The notes beneath the pieces are model-generated. The model searched no databases, was not told the origin of the DNA, and saw nothing but the letters and a program-made list of their open reading frames with translations. This document shows, piece after piece, positions 18,301-26,491 of a stretch of DNA of 58,462 bases; the first letter of the stretch is position 1; every line of letters begins with the position of its first letter. Origin of the DNA: a bacterium (lineage in GTDB: Bacteria; Patescibacteriota; Patescibacteriia; JAZDGP01); the NCBI GenBank assembly GCA_043806935.1, contig JAZDGP010000003.1, positions 1 to 58,462 of the forward strand. Direction: 5' to 3'. Made by a program: the position numbers and the translations under genes.

Positions 18301-19057
18301 ACTTTGTATTTAAACGATCTGGAATGGATTGAATATCTTTATCCACAGCCATCAAAAATGGCTGCAAGAGCTTTATAAATTCTCCTTTCAGATCTTTTAT
18401 TGATTTATTCCTTGTCTTCCATACACTGGTAAAAAACCGTTCCTGGCGATCTGGGGCATAACGCTGAGCCAAAGCTAGGTCCCGCCATTCCACATTGTCC
18501 TCTTCCCGGACAGTATTAAACAATCTATCTTCCCAAGAAATCATAATATCGTCCCGTTTTCCATTAATGTAAACTAATCTTGACGATGGAACGTAATCAG
18601 TAAACTGTCTGGCAATAGTGTATATAGCATGTTCAGTAAACACCTGAGCAAAACCAGTGACATATGGTAATAATGGGTAAACTTCCGAGCCAAGAGATTT
18701 TAAACGAAGATTATGGCCATTGTATTCCATTCGTAATGATCTTGAACCAAGTGCGTGGAAATGAGGAGAACATCGCCCAGACAACTTTACGCTAACCTTC
18801 CCTTTGCTTTGTATATCATAATAATCAATCCAATCAAAAGCGCCTGTGCCACAGCCCCACTCAGGCAACACTTGGGCGTCTAAATAACTGTCAATCAAAG
18901 ACGGTAACAGTGGTATATTTAGTGACTGAATTTGCCGAGACAGGCCGTTGATCCTGAAATAAACAAACAGTCCTATAAATAAAACTATAATAACTAATGG
19001 GGTGCGCAAGGAGCGAATGCGTAAATTAGACAAAAATTCCTTTGGTTTTTCTAACAT
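15326..19057 (-). CDS. Membrane-anchored CotH-like kinase domain fused to parallel beta-helix modules (1243 aa)
   Basis: N-terminal TM (LVIIVLFIGLFVYF). CotH-like block SSHMDTHNLVFAATQDKEKNVRWHPVLYDLSGL at 18152-18244. The C-terminal half has two beta-helix-like modules, for example NSFDAIDFDF...NGNDSIDVSSDNSKIYGNTVNKSGDKCVSVGESSHIYIFDNVF. The ATG at 19057 was chosen because the track start lies inside an upstream terminator hairpin. Confidence 0.7.
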   Translation of the reverse strand: MLEKPKEFLSNLRIRSLRTPLVIIVLFIGLFVYFRINGLSRQIQSLNIPLLPSLIDSYLDAQVLPEWGCGTGAFDWIDYYDIQSKGKVSVKLSGRCSPHFHALGSRSLRMEYNGHNLRLKSLGSEVYPLLPYVTGFAQVFTEHAIYTIARQFTDYVPSSRLVYINGKRDDIMISWEDRLFNTVREEDNVEWRDLALAQRYAPDRQERFFTSVWKTRNKSIKDLKGEFIKLLQPFLMAVDKDIQSIPDRLNTKFVLPDYLRYLTLNTVFGSSHMDTHNLVFAATQDKEKNVRWHPVLYDLSGLIDMDNSPFVNLNYISGYFFRNPTFVHEYLLELNKMRKQILEPNIISNLFDNYSCGQARRYPNFGKALLQATHMWNIPGDINGYCASVERIRGWAEVRNWYLENQLRLASIHWNYFFDQDRNPYLGMWNPTYVPVKLQAIYCGTVNCTDQWVNVNPPWWQDKERIISAQMVRVSEPGDYSLTKNGIRVIPEPYLYHYVWKGKGEMPSADKLMFIVENAVTGDNLEAVKDPYPRVIVTTQPLINEPYKQKLTVDFLYPMDSEHEPITLDPNGWNVQVISSKCVQTNNLYPVFDFTCSIDPTLWPYPLDYMVSLFYKGAKLSETRGEFFQEYTPPIIGNELNQKTISRYQAGRGVDVLNHPAYLQAVSLTGSRQSLVDKLVKERPKAYILPAGQRFEVTEDLVLDNAVLLLEPGVELRIWPLAKITTDVVIAAGTSVRPVVFSNKEDLPAWFGMWIKAGGVVAFANISGTVNDKQGAVSGENLVFLGVYDSHFSKNLDNISCDNCMLEVINTDFSGGKTGVTMSDSYAVMSGITCRDYLDNCYRLLETKARIEGGQIENIRGTVVLAEGPFTEVAIKGTVVKNASTFVVKKLHPNVTVDPTVQLTDVRLESVDLDDEQLYDALRKQTPEKFAKEYKSFVKRDKSDPTLFTFRNNPPVMTEDILIPAGVTVRIPAGTVIRFKPAVSMVSYGSIIAKGTSDKQIRFTTEKDDKEPWGVVLLRGTESSGVFEYTVFEKGGSAYLMGQEYTGSLTAHMAKELTVTNSIFRMNTGDDSLNCKNTICNISKSLFQKNSFDAIDFDFAKPGSLIFSNQFEDNGNDSIDVSSDNSKIYGNTVNKSGDKCVSVGESSHIYIFDNVFEGCDIGIQSKDGSTAVSVNNVFKNNRMALHAYLKKRRFVSGGILTDINSTMEQNKAVSDHDSDSSVILLTIPTNELIRRYPQINVSR

Positions 19058-19081
19058 AAAATCATCATAACAAACCAAGAG

Positions 19082-19115
19082 GAAAAAGCAAACCACCCCG
19101 ACTTGGGGTGGTTTG
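19082..19115 (-). terminator. Rho-independent terminator after the GY-repeat protein gene
   Basis: 11-bp stem caaaccacccc (19089-19099) / ggggtggtttg (19105-19115). The minus strand continues ctttttcc. Confidence 0.7.
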
Positions 19116-19135
19116 TCTTCTTACTATTAAAGATA

Positions 19136-20374
19136 TTAACGGTTAATGTATAGCTGGTAATCCTTGCTGTTCTTCCAAGCTGACCATGGTAATTTAGGAT
19201 GTACAGTCTTGCCTCCCCATTTTAATGCTTTAACAACTGCTTCAACCGGATAACCGCCATAGATGTAGGAATTGACTACAGTGCTCCAATTCTTTGCTGA
19301 AATCTTTATCTTTCCCTTTCCATACACCTTCTCTAATGCTGTTTTTAGTTCAACTGCCATCTGTTTCTCTTGAGCCAAGGACTTTAGTCTAGCTTTGCCA
19401 AAAGCGAATGTTCCTGATTTAAGGCTCAAACCGCCTGCTGGAGTGCTGATTCTTGCTTGATCAAATGCTGGATCATAGATAGCTAATGGGCTGGAAGTAA
19501 TGGCTGTTTCTCCTACAGCTGGAGTACCGCTCTGCCCACCGCTTATGTAAGCCCCACCGCCACCACCACTACTTGAGCCAGAAGATCCTGCTCTGGAAGC
19601 AGCAAATGTTGATGCGCTGGTCGTTGTAAATGAACAGATACTGCTAGAAACCGTACAGGTTGTCAATAATACAGTGGAACTATCAACTGCGGAATACTTA
19701 TAAACATTAAGTGTTTGGCCATTAAAGGAACTACCTACCGTCATAGTGAGAGTAATTGGCTGGCTAAACGTCAATCCTATATTTGATAGGCCATACTCTA
19801 AAGCCTCACCAATCTGATTCTGGCCGCTTGGCAGAGTAGTCAAGGTACCGCTAGCTGTTTGCCGTAATTGATTTAAGTTCATTGTTCCGCCTCCTGTCCT
19901 GGTAATCGTGGTACCTGACGGAATTGCCACTGAATAAGTTCCTGTGCTAGTGGTAGCCGAGAAAGTAATCGGGATATTGAATGTGGCGGCAGTGGCGGCA
20001 TCAACTGATCCAGTGATGCTTGCTAATCCAGCAGCAAAAATTGAAGCGATGGTGTCCCCAGTCGAATCTGTTACCGTAACTGTGGTAGTCGTATAACCAC
20101 CATCACCAGAAGTCGTTAACAGGAAACCATAACCGTAACCATAGCCATATTCTCCATCAAATGAGGCGGTATCCATCCGGTAGCTTAAAGCGGCAACTCC
20201 ATAACCATAGCCGTAACCATAACCATAGCCATAACCCCACCCCTCGTCACCTGTATTTCTGCTAAATTCAGCCAATACCTTACCACCGCCCATAAATAGA
20301 GAAACGATCAGCAATAATGAAACGTAAGCAAAGTAACCTTTTTCTTGAATGAACCCATTTAATGAACTTCCCAT
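19136..20374 (-). CDS. Secreted or anchored protein with Gly-Tyr repeats, a Thr/Ser-rich core and a conserved C-terminal module
   Basis: N-terminal hydrophobic segment, GWGYGYGYGYGYGYGV and EYGYGYGYGF repeats, a T/S-rich middle, the hinge GGGGGAYISGGQ, and C-terminal VVNSYIYGGYPVEAVVKALKWGGKTVHP. Confidence 0.7.
   Translation of the reverse strand: MGSSLNGFIQEKGYFAYVSLLLIVSLFMGGGKVLAEFSRNTGDEGWGYGYGYGYGYGYGVAALSYRMDTASFDGEYGYGYGYGFLLTTSGDGGYTTTTVTVTDSTGDTIASIFAAGLASITGSVDAATAATFNIPITFSATTSTGTYSVAIPSGTTITRTGGGTMNLNQLRQTASGTLTTLPSGQNQIGEALEYGLSNIGLTFSQPITLTMTVGSSFNGQTLNVYKYSAVDSSTVLLTTCTVSSSICSFTTTSASTFAASRAGSSGSSSGGGGGAYISGGQSGTPAVGETAITSSPLAIYDPAFDQARISTPAGGLSLKSGTFAFGKARLKSLAQEKQMAVELKTALEKVYGKGKIKISAKNWSTVVNSYIYGGYPVEAVVKALKWGGKTVHPKLPWSAWKNSKDYQLYINR
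20127..20240 (-). repeat. Two blocks of imperfect hexanucleotide (GGN TAY) repeats encoding (GY)n
   Basis: Plus-strand ccataaccgtaaccatagccatat (20127-20149) and ccataaccatagccgtaaccataaccatagccataacc (20199-20238). Confidence 0.9.
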
Positions 20375-20391
20375 GATGTTAAGTTTTTTAG

Positions 20392-20643
20392 TTAGTTTTT
20401 ATTATGTTCATTATAAACTATATTGTTCTGTTCTACAACAAGATGAGTTATCCACAGGTCAAAAATAATCATTAAAAACAATGTTCGTGCTAAAACCACT
20501 GTGAATTTAAAGAAAATAGCATCTAATCCCCAATATTTTACAGCTAATGCAAAAAATAAAGTCGCAACACCCCAAACTAAGATTGTCAATCTATTGTAAA
20601 ATCCAAATCCGTGATACCAATCAGATGTTTGTTTATATTCCAT
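20392..20643 (-). CDS. Small membrane protein (83 aa)
   Basis: Two to three hydrophobic helices. It overlaps the upstream gene by 11 nt and is part of the overlapping operon chain. Confidence 0.5.
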   Translation of the reverse strand: MEYKQTSDWYHGFGFYNRLTILVWGVATLFFALAVKYWGLDAIFFKFTVVLARTLFLMIIFDLWITHLVVEQNNIVYNEHNKN

Positions 20644-21493
20644 AACTGTCTTTATTTATTTGTTTAGTTAGCCGCAAATCTTCATCATGCATTGACCATA
20701 AGACATGGGTAATCCGCACAACTATTAAGTAGAACAACACTCTAGCCACTGTCTCAGCTGCTTTCAATTCTCCAACAGCCACAAGAACAGCCAGTGAAAT
20801 CAGCGCCAGAATCAACAATCGTGCCACCAACCGATCAAACCAAGGATAAACACGGTAACCAATAATAGCGCCTATGACCAACGTCTGCCACACAGATCGC
20901 GACCACCAGTACATTAGCAGTATCACTAACCAGACAAGACCATACCGCCGGCCAATCGGCAAAAACCATCGAATGAAGCGCGTAGCGCCTCTTTTTACCT
21001 GAACAATAATTATTTTAATAATCTCCGCTGATAATCTTCCAATCCTCCATACAAAACCAACAAAAATTATAATCGTGATTACTGTTCGTACTAAGAACCG
21101 TTTTAAAACAGACACAAAATCAAACCTAACCGCCTTAATCATTCTATAAAACCATTCACGCAACATAGACCATTTTGGCCATGCAAAACGCGGATTTATT
21201 AACTGTCTTAACAATTCACCTTTATTATTTCTTAACCATTCTATCCATCCACCGGCATACAGTTTAAAACCATGGCAAATCAGGCCTACTGTTTGCAAAA
21301 AACGAACCAAGCCAAATTGGCAATCACGGCCATAGCGCGCCAACAGCCACAGCCCAAACACAACTGCCACGTCCAACCACAGCCAACGGACAAGCCGGGA
21401 CTCGTCTAAAACAAAAGTGGACCCCAATACCAACAGCACCACGGTTCCCAAAACCATCGTGCCTGCCTGTAGTGAAGAATCCTTCTTATCCAT
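20633..21493 (-). CDS. Polytopic membrane protein (286 aa), unknown family
   Basis: Multiple Trp/Arg-rich TM helices. It overlaps the upstream GT4 gene by 8 nt. Confidence 0.55.
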   Translation of the reverse strand: MDKKDSSLQAGTMVLGTVVLLVLGSTFVLDESRLVRWLWLDVAVVFGLWLLARYGRDCQFGLVRFLQTVGLICHGFKLYAGGWIEWLRNNKGELLRQLINPRFAWPKWSMLREWFYRMIKAVRFDFVSVLKRFLVRTVITIIIFVGFVWRIGRLSAEIIKIIIVQVKRGATRFIRWFLPIGRRYGLVWLVILLMYWWSRSVWQTLVIGAIIGYRVYPWFDRLVARLLILALISLAVLVAVGELKAAETVARVLFYLIVVRITHVLWSMHDEDLRLTKQINKDSYGI

Positions 21494-22736
21494 TTGCTAA
21501 ACGAGCTGGTAAATAATCATACTTGCGCATATCCTGTTTTGGATCATCCAAGAACGCTGTAATTACATTATGCTCATATTCCGTAACTAACGGATTGTCA
21601 AACAGCTCAGCCAACTGACGATATTTATTTTTCTGTTCCTCTGTTGGTTCGTGTCTTAATGCGTCCACCACTTGCGCAACTAATAGATTAGCATCTCCTG
21701 GTTCACTATATTTTAAATAATCACCGTAAAGAGCATGCACTCCCCTGCTTTTGGTCGCTACAACAGGCTTCCGTTGGGAAAGGTAAATGATTATTTTTCC
21801 GCATTCAGCGGTGTCAGCGGTTGGAGTAAGCAAAAAAGGAGCGACACCGACATCAGCTAAATTAATATACTTGTATAAATCTTCATATGGCAACCACCCA
21901 ATAAACGTAAACCGTTCCATTAGTCCAATCTTCTGTATCCTTTGTTTCAACGACTCTACGTAATGTGGCAATCCCTTGCCAATCACCACGAACTGGACGT
22001 TCGGTATCTCTCCTACGATCCGAGGAGAAGCGTCAATCAAAGTCTCCAGACCGTCAATCATTGAGATGTCTCCAGCGTACATCACCACCTTCTTGCCTTC
22101 CAAACCGTATTGCTCTAACAATTTCTGGTCCTTCATCTCTGACACTGGAAACCTATTAATATAAATCCCATTAGGAATGGTAACACACTGTTCCGCACTC
22201 ACTCCAAGCCCAGCCATCAAATCCCGCTGAACTGGAGTATCAACGAACAGTAAATCCACTCTCCGCAATCCGATCCTTTCCAAAAACTTAATGATTGGAC
22301 AGACAAACCAAGCGAATGGATAACCAAAACTCTTATACAAATCATAATAAATGTCGTAAATGGAAGAAATAAAAGGAATATGCCGCTTCCATGGTATCAA
22401 TTGCAGCAACAAACCCATGTGCGTTTGTTCTCCACGGATATATCCTGGATTTTCCCTGCTTACATATCGCCATAACGCCACATACAGATTAGCCAAACCC
22501 AACAACCGCTGAAACAAAGAATATTGCTTTTTAAATCTATACTTGTATGTGAAGTAGTGAATCTTTGTTTCTATCTCCGCTGGGAAATGATCCTTGTTTT
22601 GAGGAGCGACAATATCAATCCGGTCGTAATGCTGGTAAAGGTGGCTGATGTACACCTGACAGCGATACGGACGATCATACGACGGGACAGCTGTCTCGTT
22701 AAACAACAGGATGTGACGGCGTTGAGTACTTTCCAT
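21486..22736 (-). CDS. Glycosyltransferase, GT4-like (GT-B fold)
   Basis: Length and the C-terminal half (VVMYAGDIS...VQFVVIGKG...ADVGVAPF...GKIIIYLSQRKPVVAT) fit the GT1/GT4 retaining family. Confidence 0.7.
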   Translation of the reverse strand: MESTQRRHILLFNETAVPSYDRPYRCQVYISHLYQHYDRIDIVAPQNKDHFPAEIETKIHYFTYKYRFKKQYSLFQRLLGLANLYVALWRYVSRENPGYIRGEQTHMGLLLQLIPWKRHIPFISSIYDIYYDLYKSFGYPFAWFVCPIIKFLERIGLRRVDLLFVDTPVQRDLMAGLGVSAEQCVTIPNGIYINRFPVSEMKDQKLLEQYGLEGKKVVMYAGDISMIDGLETLIDASPRIVGEIPNVQFVVIGKGLPHYVESLKQRIQKIGLMERFTFIGWLPYEDLYKYINLADVGVAPFLLTPTADTAECGKIIIYLSQRKPVVATKSRGVHALYGDYLKYSEPGDANLLVAQVVDALRHEPTEEQKNKYRQLAELFDNPLVTEYEHNVITAFLDDPKQDMRKYDYLPARLANG

Positions 22737-25605
22737 ACAAATATTCTCTTAATGATACTAGCAGTATAACGGCCAAATAATAAAAGAGGAAATAATAAGT
22801 GAAACGCCGCCACCAACTGTGAATCTCTACAGGCGCGAACACCAAACGCGAAACCTCTTCAGTTGTCTCCCCGTCTACCAAAAAATAATTATTGCCAAAA
22901 TCCATCAAGACTGGTAACTGGTCTGTCTGTCCTTTCAACCGCCAATTAGAGTCAGGCGGTTCCGCTAACTTCAACAAGCCTTGTTTTTGATCAGTTCCAC
23001 CTAATTTCAATTCAACAATGTTATCCGGCATTAGAATCCTGTAATCAATCTTTGACTCCGACACTGGCGCTACTTTTTCTTTTTTTAAACTAGCCAAAAA
23101 TTCATCCACAATTTTTTGTTTCTGCTGGTATAGTCCTTCAGGGACAACAGCAAAATCAGTTATTGCGTTAAAACCGTTTGAATTGATCAGCTCCAGTTTT
23201 TGCCCTGCAATATTCTTTGCGTCATACGAGCCAAGGTACGTCCAATAAAAATCGCTCTGCTTGCTCTCTGTTGAAATCAGCACACCTTCGCCAAACACAC
23301 CGCCACGTAACGTAATCGCTTGTTTGCCAGGCTGCCGGAACGTCTTAAGGTACACCCTTGCCCTCCCGTTAACCGTTGGCATTTCAGAAACCATAAATTG
23401 CTGAATGGCTTTTTTCTCATCTGTTCTTAGGAATCTGCCGCTTGCAAACCCAGGATCAAAACCGTAAAAACGCATATAATAAGGAATCCAGAGATGGGAA
23501 GAAAGAAAATCCTCTAACCATTGCGACACCAGTCCGTCTGTTGTTCGACGTGGACGTATCATATAAGGCCGCATTGTGTCTAGCGCTAAAATAAAATCAT
23601 CATTACCTTTGCCGTTAGCATAATAAACAGCGTTGAAATAACTTTTAAAAGAAGTTATCATGTGTTCAGGGATAGTAAAATATTCTGGGAACAACACAGT
23701 GCCTGTAGTCGGAATCACTTTACGAAATTCACTGCCAAACGATCCAAAATACACGCCAACCTTAGAAAGTTTATTAACATAGCCGTCTGCCTCCTTATTT
23801 TCATACACAGTCAGCTGTCCAAACCGAGCTACTGGCTGGAAACGGTCGTTATTGGCAAAAAACAGAACATGTTGGTCATATCTCTGTCTGTCCACCTCAT
23901 TGCCGTCAATTACAATGAACCTAATATTTAAATTACGCAGCAAGTAAGCTGTCTCTGCGGGATCAGCATGGCCAGTTTCAATTTGTGCTTTAAGATAGTG
24001 ATACAGAAAACCATGCGTGGCGGTCATGGGAATAAAAACCTTTCCTTCAGCGATCCAGACGCTTGGGTGTGGCAATAATTGGTTATCATCTCCTCCAGCA
24101 GGGCTCCATTGGGCATCAAGATAATACGAGTAATCCCACGACGGCAGCCAGAGCACCCTTGCTCCTTGATCAATTTCTGATCTGCGTCCATTCATGTAAG
24201 CGACCGCTGTTTCATATTCCTGAGGAATACGCCTACCATTTATTAGATTAAAAAATTCTTTATTAGCTAAAATCGTAGTGGAGACCAATGGCAATAAAAT
24301 TAACACCGCCATGATGGTAGATCGTTTTGTCACAAAATTATAAAATCTGCTAGTAGCAACACGAACATCAGATCTCCTAGCCAGACGTTGAACGACGTAT
24401 CCATAGCAAACCATGGCGCTAAATGTAATAATCGACATGTAAAAATAAGAATCTTTCACTACCCATCCTGCTTTGGCGAACACTGCATTATTAGCCAAAG
24501 CTGTTTCCAATCCAAACTCGTGGACTGAAGAAACAAAAAGCAACCCAATGGTAAATAAAATAGCGAAGCCAAAAATTCTTTTCCAGCTATCAGCCCGTGT
24601 CTTTAATGCCATAACCACTATTACAGCTCCTACACCCAAAGCCACAAACACATAAAGCAACGGGTAAGAACTTTCAAACAACTGGTCAAAATTATAATAA
24701 CTAGTTCCAAGTAAATTATTAAGAAAACTTGCCCGTTTGGCCAAAAATCGCAACACGCTAGCAGTGGTAGCCGTCTCCCATCCGGCGCGCAATTCCACTT
24801 CTTGCCCGAACATCGCCACTAACAAATAAACAGCTAACGGAAGATAAACCACAACCATTGCTAACACGTATACGAAAAATCTCCACCATACAGCCAGAAA
24901 CTTCTTATACCTAACCCATAGCCAATACAAAAGCAGCCAACCGATCACCAAAGTGTTAATCAAAATGTAATGTGGTGAAATATTGGAAAAAAACAGCACT
25001 ACCGCCAAAAGAATAGAATAAAGCAATTTCCTCCAAATACGGCTTTGGTTAATCATCTGGTAAACGCAAATAACTACCCATGGTAGCAGCGCGTACCCAA
25101 CCAAGATTGACCAATGTACGATCTTAAGAAAAAAATAGAATGAAAAAGCGTACCCTACTCCACCAGCAATCGCCCCCCAATAAGGATAATCGCCATTTTC
25201 CTCTTTTGATAATATCTTAACCAGCCGGTAAATCCCGTATGAACTCAAAACAATCAACGCAAAGAAAAAAACAAGCTGGGCTATCCGCGTTGACGGAAAC
25301 AGCTTCAACAAGTTAATGACGGGCATCAACGATATATAATAGTAATTATTGTTGCCAAATTGGTAGTTAAATAAACTATCTGTATTATTACCAAGCAACG
25401 CGACATTGCTATGCATCCGAAAATCCTCAAACTCCAACAGCCCTCCGCCAAACACCAAATTCTGGAAAAAATAAAGATACCCGGCGATGTCTAAAAGCAA
25501 CAACGCCACGACTGGAGCCCACGGCCGCGACCAGAATGGACGAATATAATTAATTAATGCTCGTATCATGTTTATTCTTCTTGGCGATAATAAAACAGCT
25601 GTCAT
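22699..25605 (-). CDS. Large GT-C-like (YfhO/AftD-like architecture) integral membrane glycosyltransferase candidate
   Basis: About 430 aa of tightly packed TM helices, a roughly 500-aa soluble domain and a final C-terminal TM helix (YYFLFYYLAVILLVSL). There is an alternative start at 25569 (MIRALINYIRPF). It shares ALLPW-type motifs with CDS 29434-31152. Confidence 0.55.
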   Translation of the reverse strand: MTAVLLSPRRINMIRALINYIRPFWSRPWAPVVALLLLDIAGYLYFFQNLVFGGGLLEFEDFRMHSNVALLGNNTDSLFNYQFGNNNYYYISLMPVINLLKLFPSTRIAQLVFFFALIVLSSYGIYRLVKILSKEENGDYPYWGAIAGGVGYAFSFYFFLKIVHWSILVGYALLPWVVICVYQMINQSRIWRKLLYSILLAVVLFFSNISPHYILINTLVIGWLLLYWLWVRYKKFLAVWWRFFVYVLAMVVVYLPLAVYLLVAMFGQEVELRAGWETATTASVLRFLAKRASFLNNLLGTSYYNFDQLFESSYPLLYVFVALGVGAVIVVMALKTRADSWKRIFGFAILFTIGLLFVSSVHEFGLETALANNAVFAKAGWVVKDSYFYMSIITFSAMVCYGYVVQRLARRSDVRVATSRFYNFVTKRSTIMAVLILLPLVSTTILANKEFFNLINGRRIPQEYETAVAYMNGRRSEIDQGARVLWLPSWDYSYYLDAQWSPAGGDDNQLLPHPSVWIAEGKVFIPMTATHGFLYHYLKAQIETGHADPAETAYLLRNLNIRFIVIDGNEVDRQRYDQHVLFFANNDRFQPVARFGQLTVYENKEADGYVNKLSKVGVYFGSFGSEFRKVIPTTGTVLFPEYFTIPEHMITSFKSYFNAVYYANGKGNDDFILALDTMRPYMIRPRRTTDGLVSQWLEDFLSSHLWIPYYMRFYGFDPGFASGRFLRTDEKKAIQQFMVSEMPTVNGRARVYLKTFRQPGKQAITLRGGVFGEGVLISTESKQSDFYWTYLGSYDAKNIAGQKLELINSNGFNAITDFAVVPEGLYQQKQKIVDEFLASLKKEKVAPVSESKIDYRILMPDNIVELKLGGTDQKQGLLKLAEPPDSNWRLKGQTDQLPVLMDFGNNYFLVDGETTEEVSRLVFAPVEIHSWWRRFTYYFLFYYLAVILLVSLREYLYGKYSTPSHPVV

Positions 25606-26491
25606 GGCCGCGAGTGATCATCTCCACCACAGTCAACAAAGCAATACACATATTACTTAAAAGAAAATTTAACTTCAAGCCGTACCTTCCGGACAAATAC
25701 AAATAAACGCTGCTGGACAAACTGCCGGAATTATACAACTTACTTTTCACAATCTGGTAACCTGCTTTTTCCAACAAGAAACATAAAGACCGCTGGTTAA
25801 AAAGGTACAAATGCCTAGGAGCGTCTAAAGACGACCAATGCTCATGAAACACCCGTAACAGCCAAGAATCGCTGGACGGCACGGCTAATGCCAACACACC
25901 GCCATCTTTTAACACTCTATTGATCCCCCTCAAATACCGTAATGGATCATCCAGGTGTTCAAAGACATGCCAAGCCCTAACAATATCAAAAGATCCTGTT
26001 TCCAGCTCCTCTAACGAACAAAACATCTTCAAGCTATTAGTTTTCCCTCTTGCTACAGCCAGCTCGGAAAACTCCACTCCGCATGCTTCAACTTTGTCTG
26101 AACCAACAATTCTAAGCACTGTTCCGGCTCCACATCCAAAATCCAAAAACTGAACATTTCCTCTAGGATAACCACCGATTGTGCTCCAACCGCTGACGCC
26201 GTCTTGAAACCCGATATTTAACCAAGACAATAATCTGTAGATTAACAACCGAACCTTATAAAAAACGTTTAACGACCCGGAATAGGAGTAATAATCATCC
26301 TGGTAAAAAGCGGAGATTGCTTCAGGTGTTGGTAATGGTTCAATAACGCCAACACCGCACTGCTGACAGCGCGTGTACTGATAACTCCCACCTTGCTTTG
26401 ACCTGTAATCAGGAGCAACTATCCAATCAATCCACTGTCTACCACCGCAAATCCTGCAAGCAGATGTCTCCCGCGCAACCTCACTTATCAT
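25550..26491 (-). CDS. Class I SAM-dependent methyltransferase with an N-terminal zinc ribbon
   Basis: CRICGG...CQQCG pairs followed by the SAM motif FLDFGCGAGTVL. Confidence 0.75.
   Translation of the reverse strand: MISEVARETSACRICGGRQWIDWIVAPDYRSKQGGSYQYTRCQQCGVGVIEPLPTPEAISAFYQDDYYSYSGSLNVFYKVRLLIYRLLSWLNIGFQDGVSGWSTIGGYPRGNVQFLDFGCGAGTVLRIVGSDKVEACGVEFSELAVARGKTNSLKMFCSLEELETGSFDIVRAWHVFEHLDDPLRYLRGINRVLKDGGVLALAVPSSDSWLLRVFHEHWSSLDAPRHLYLFNQRSLCFLLEKAGYQIVKSKLYNSGSLSSSVYLYLSGRYGLKLNFLLSNMCIALLTVVEMITRGHDSCFIIAKKNKHDTSIN

Noticed and set aside
20127-20240. The GY-coding repeats as a slipped-strand phase-variation switch.
   Set aside because: The hexamers are imperfect because synonymous codons vary, and unit length is a multiple of three, so slippage would be rare and would not shift the frame.
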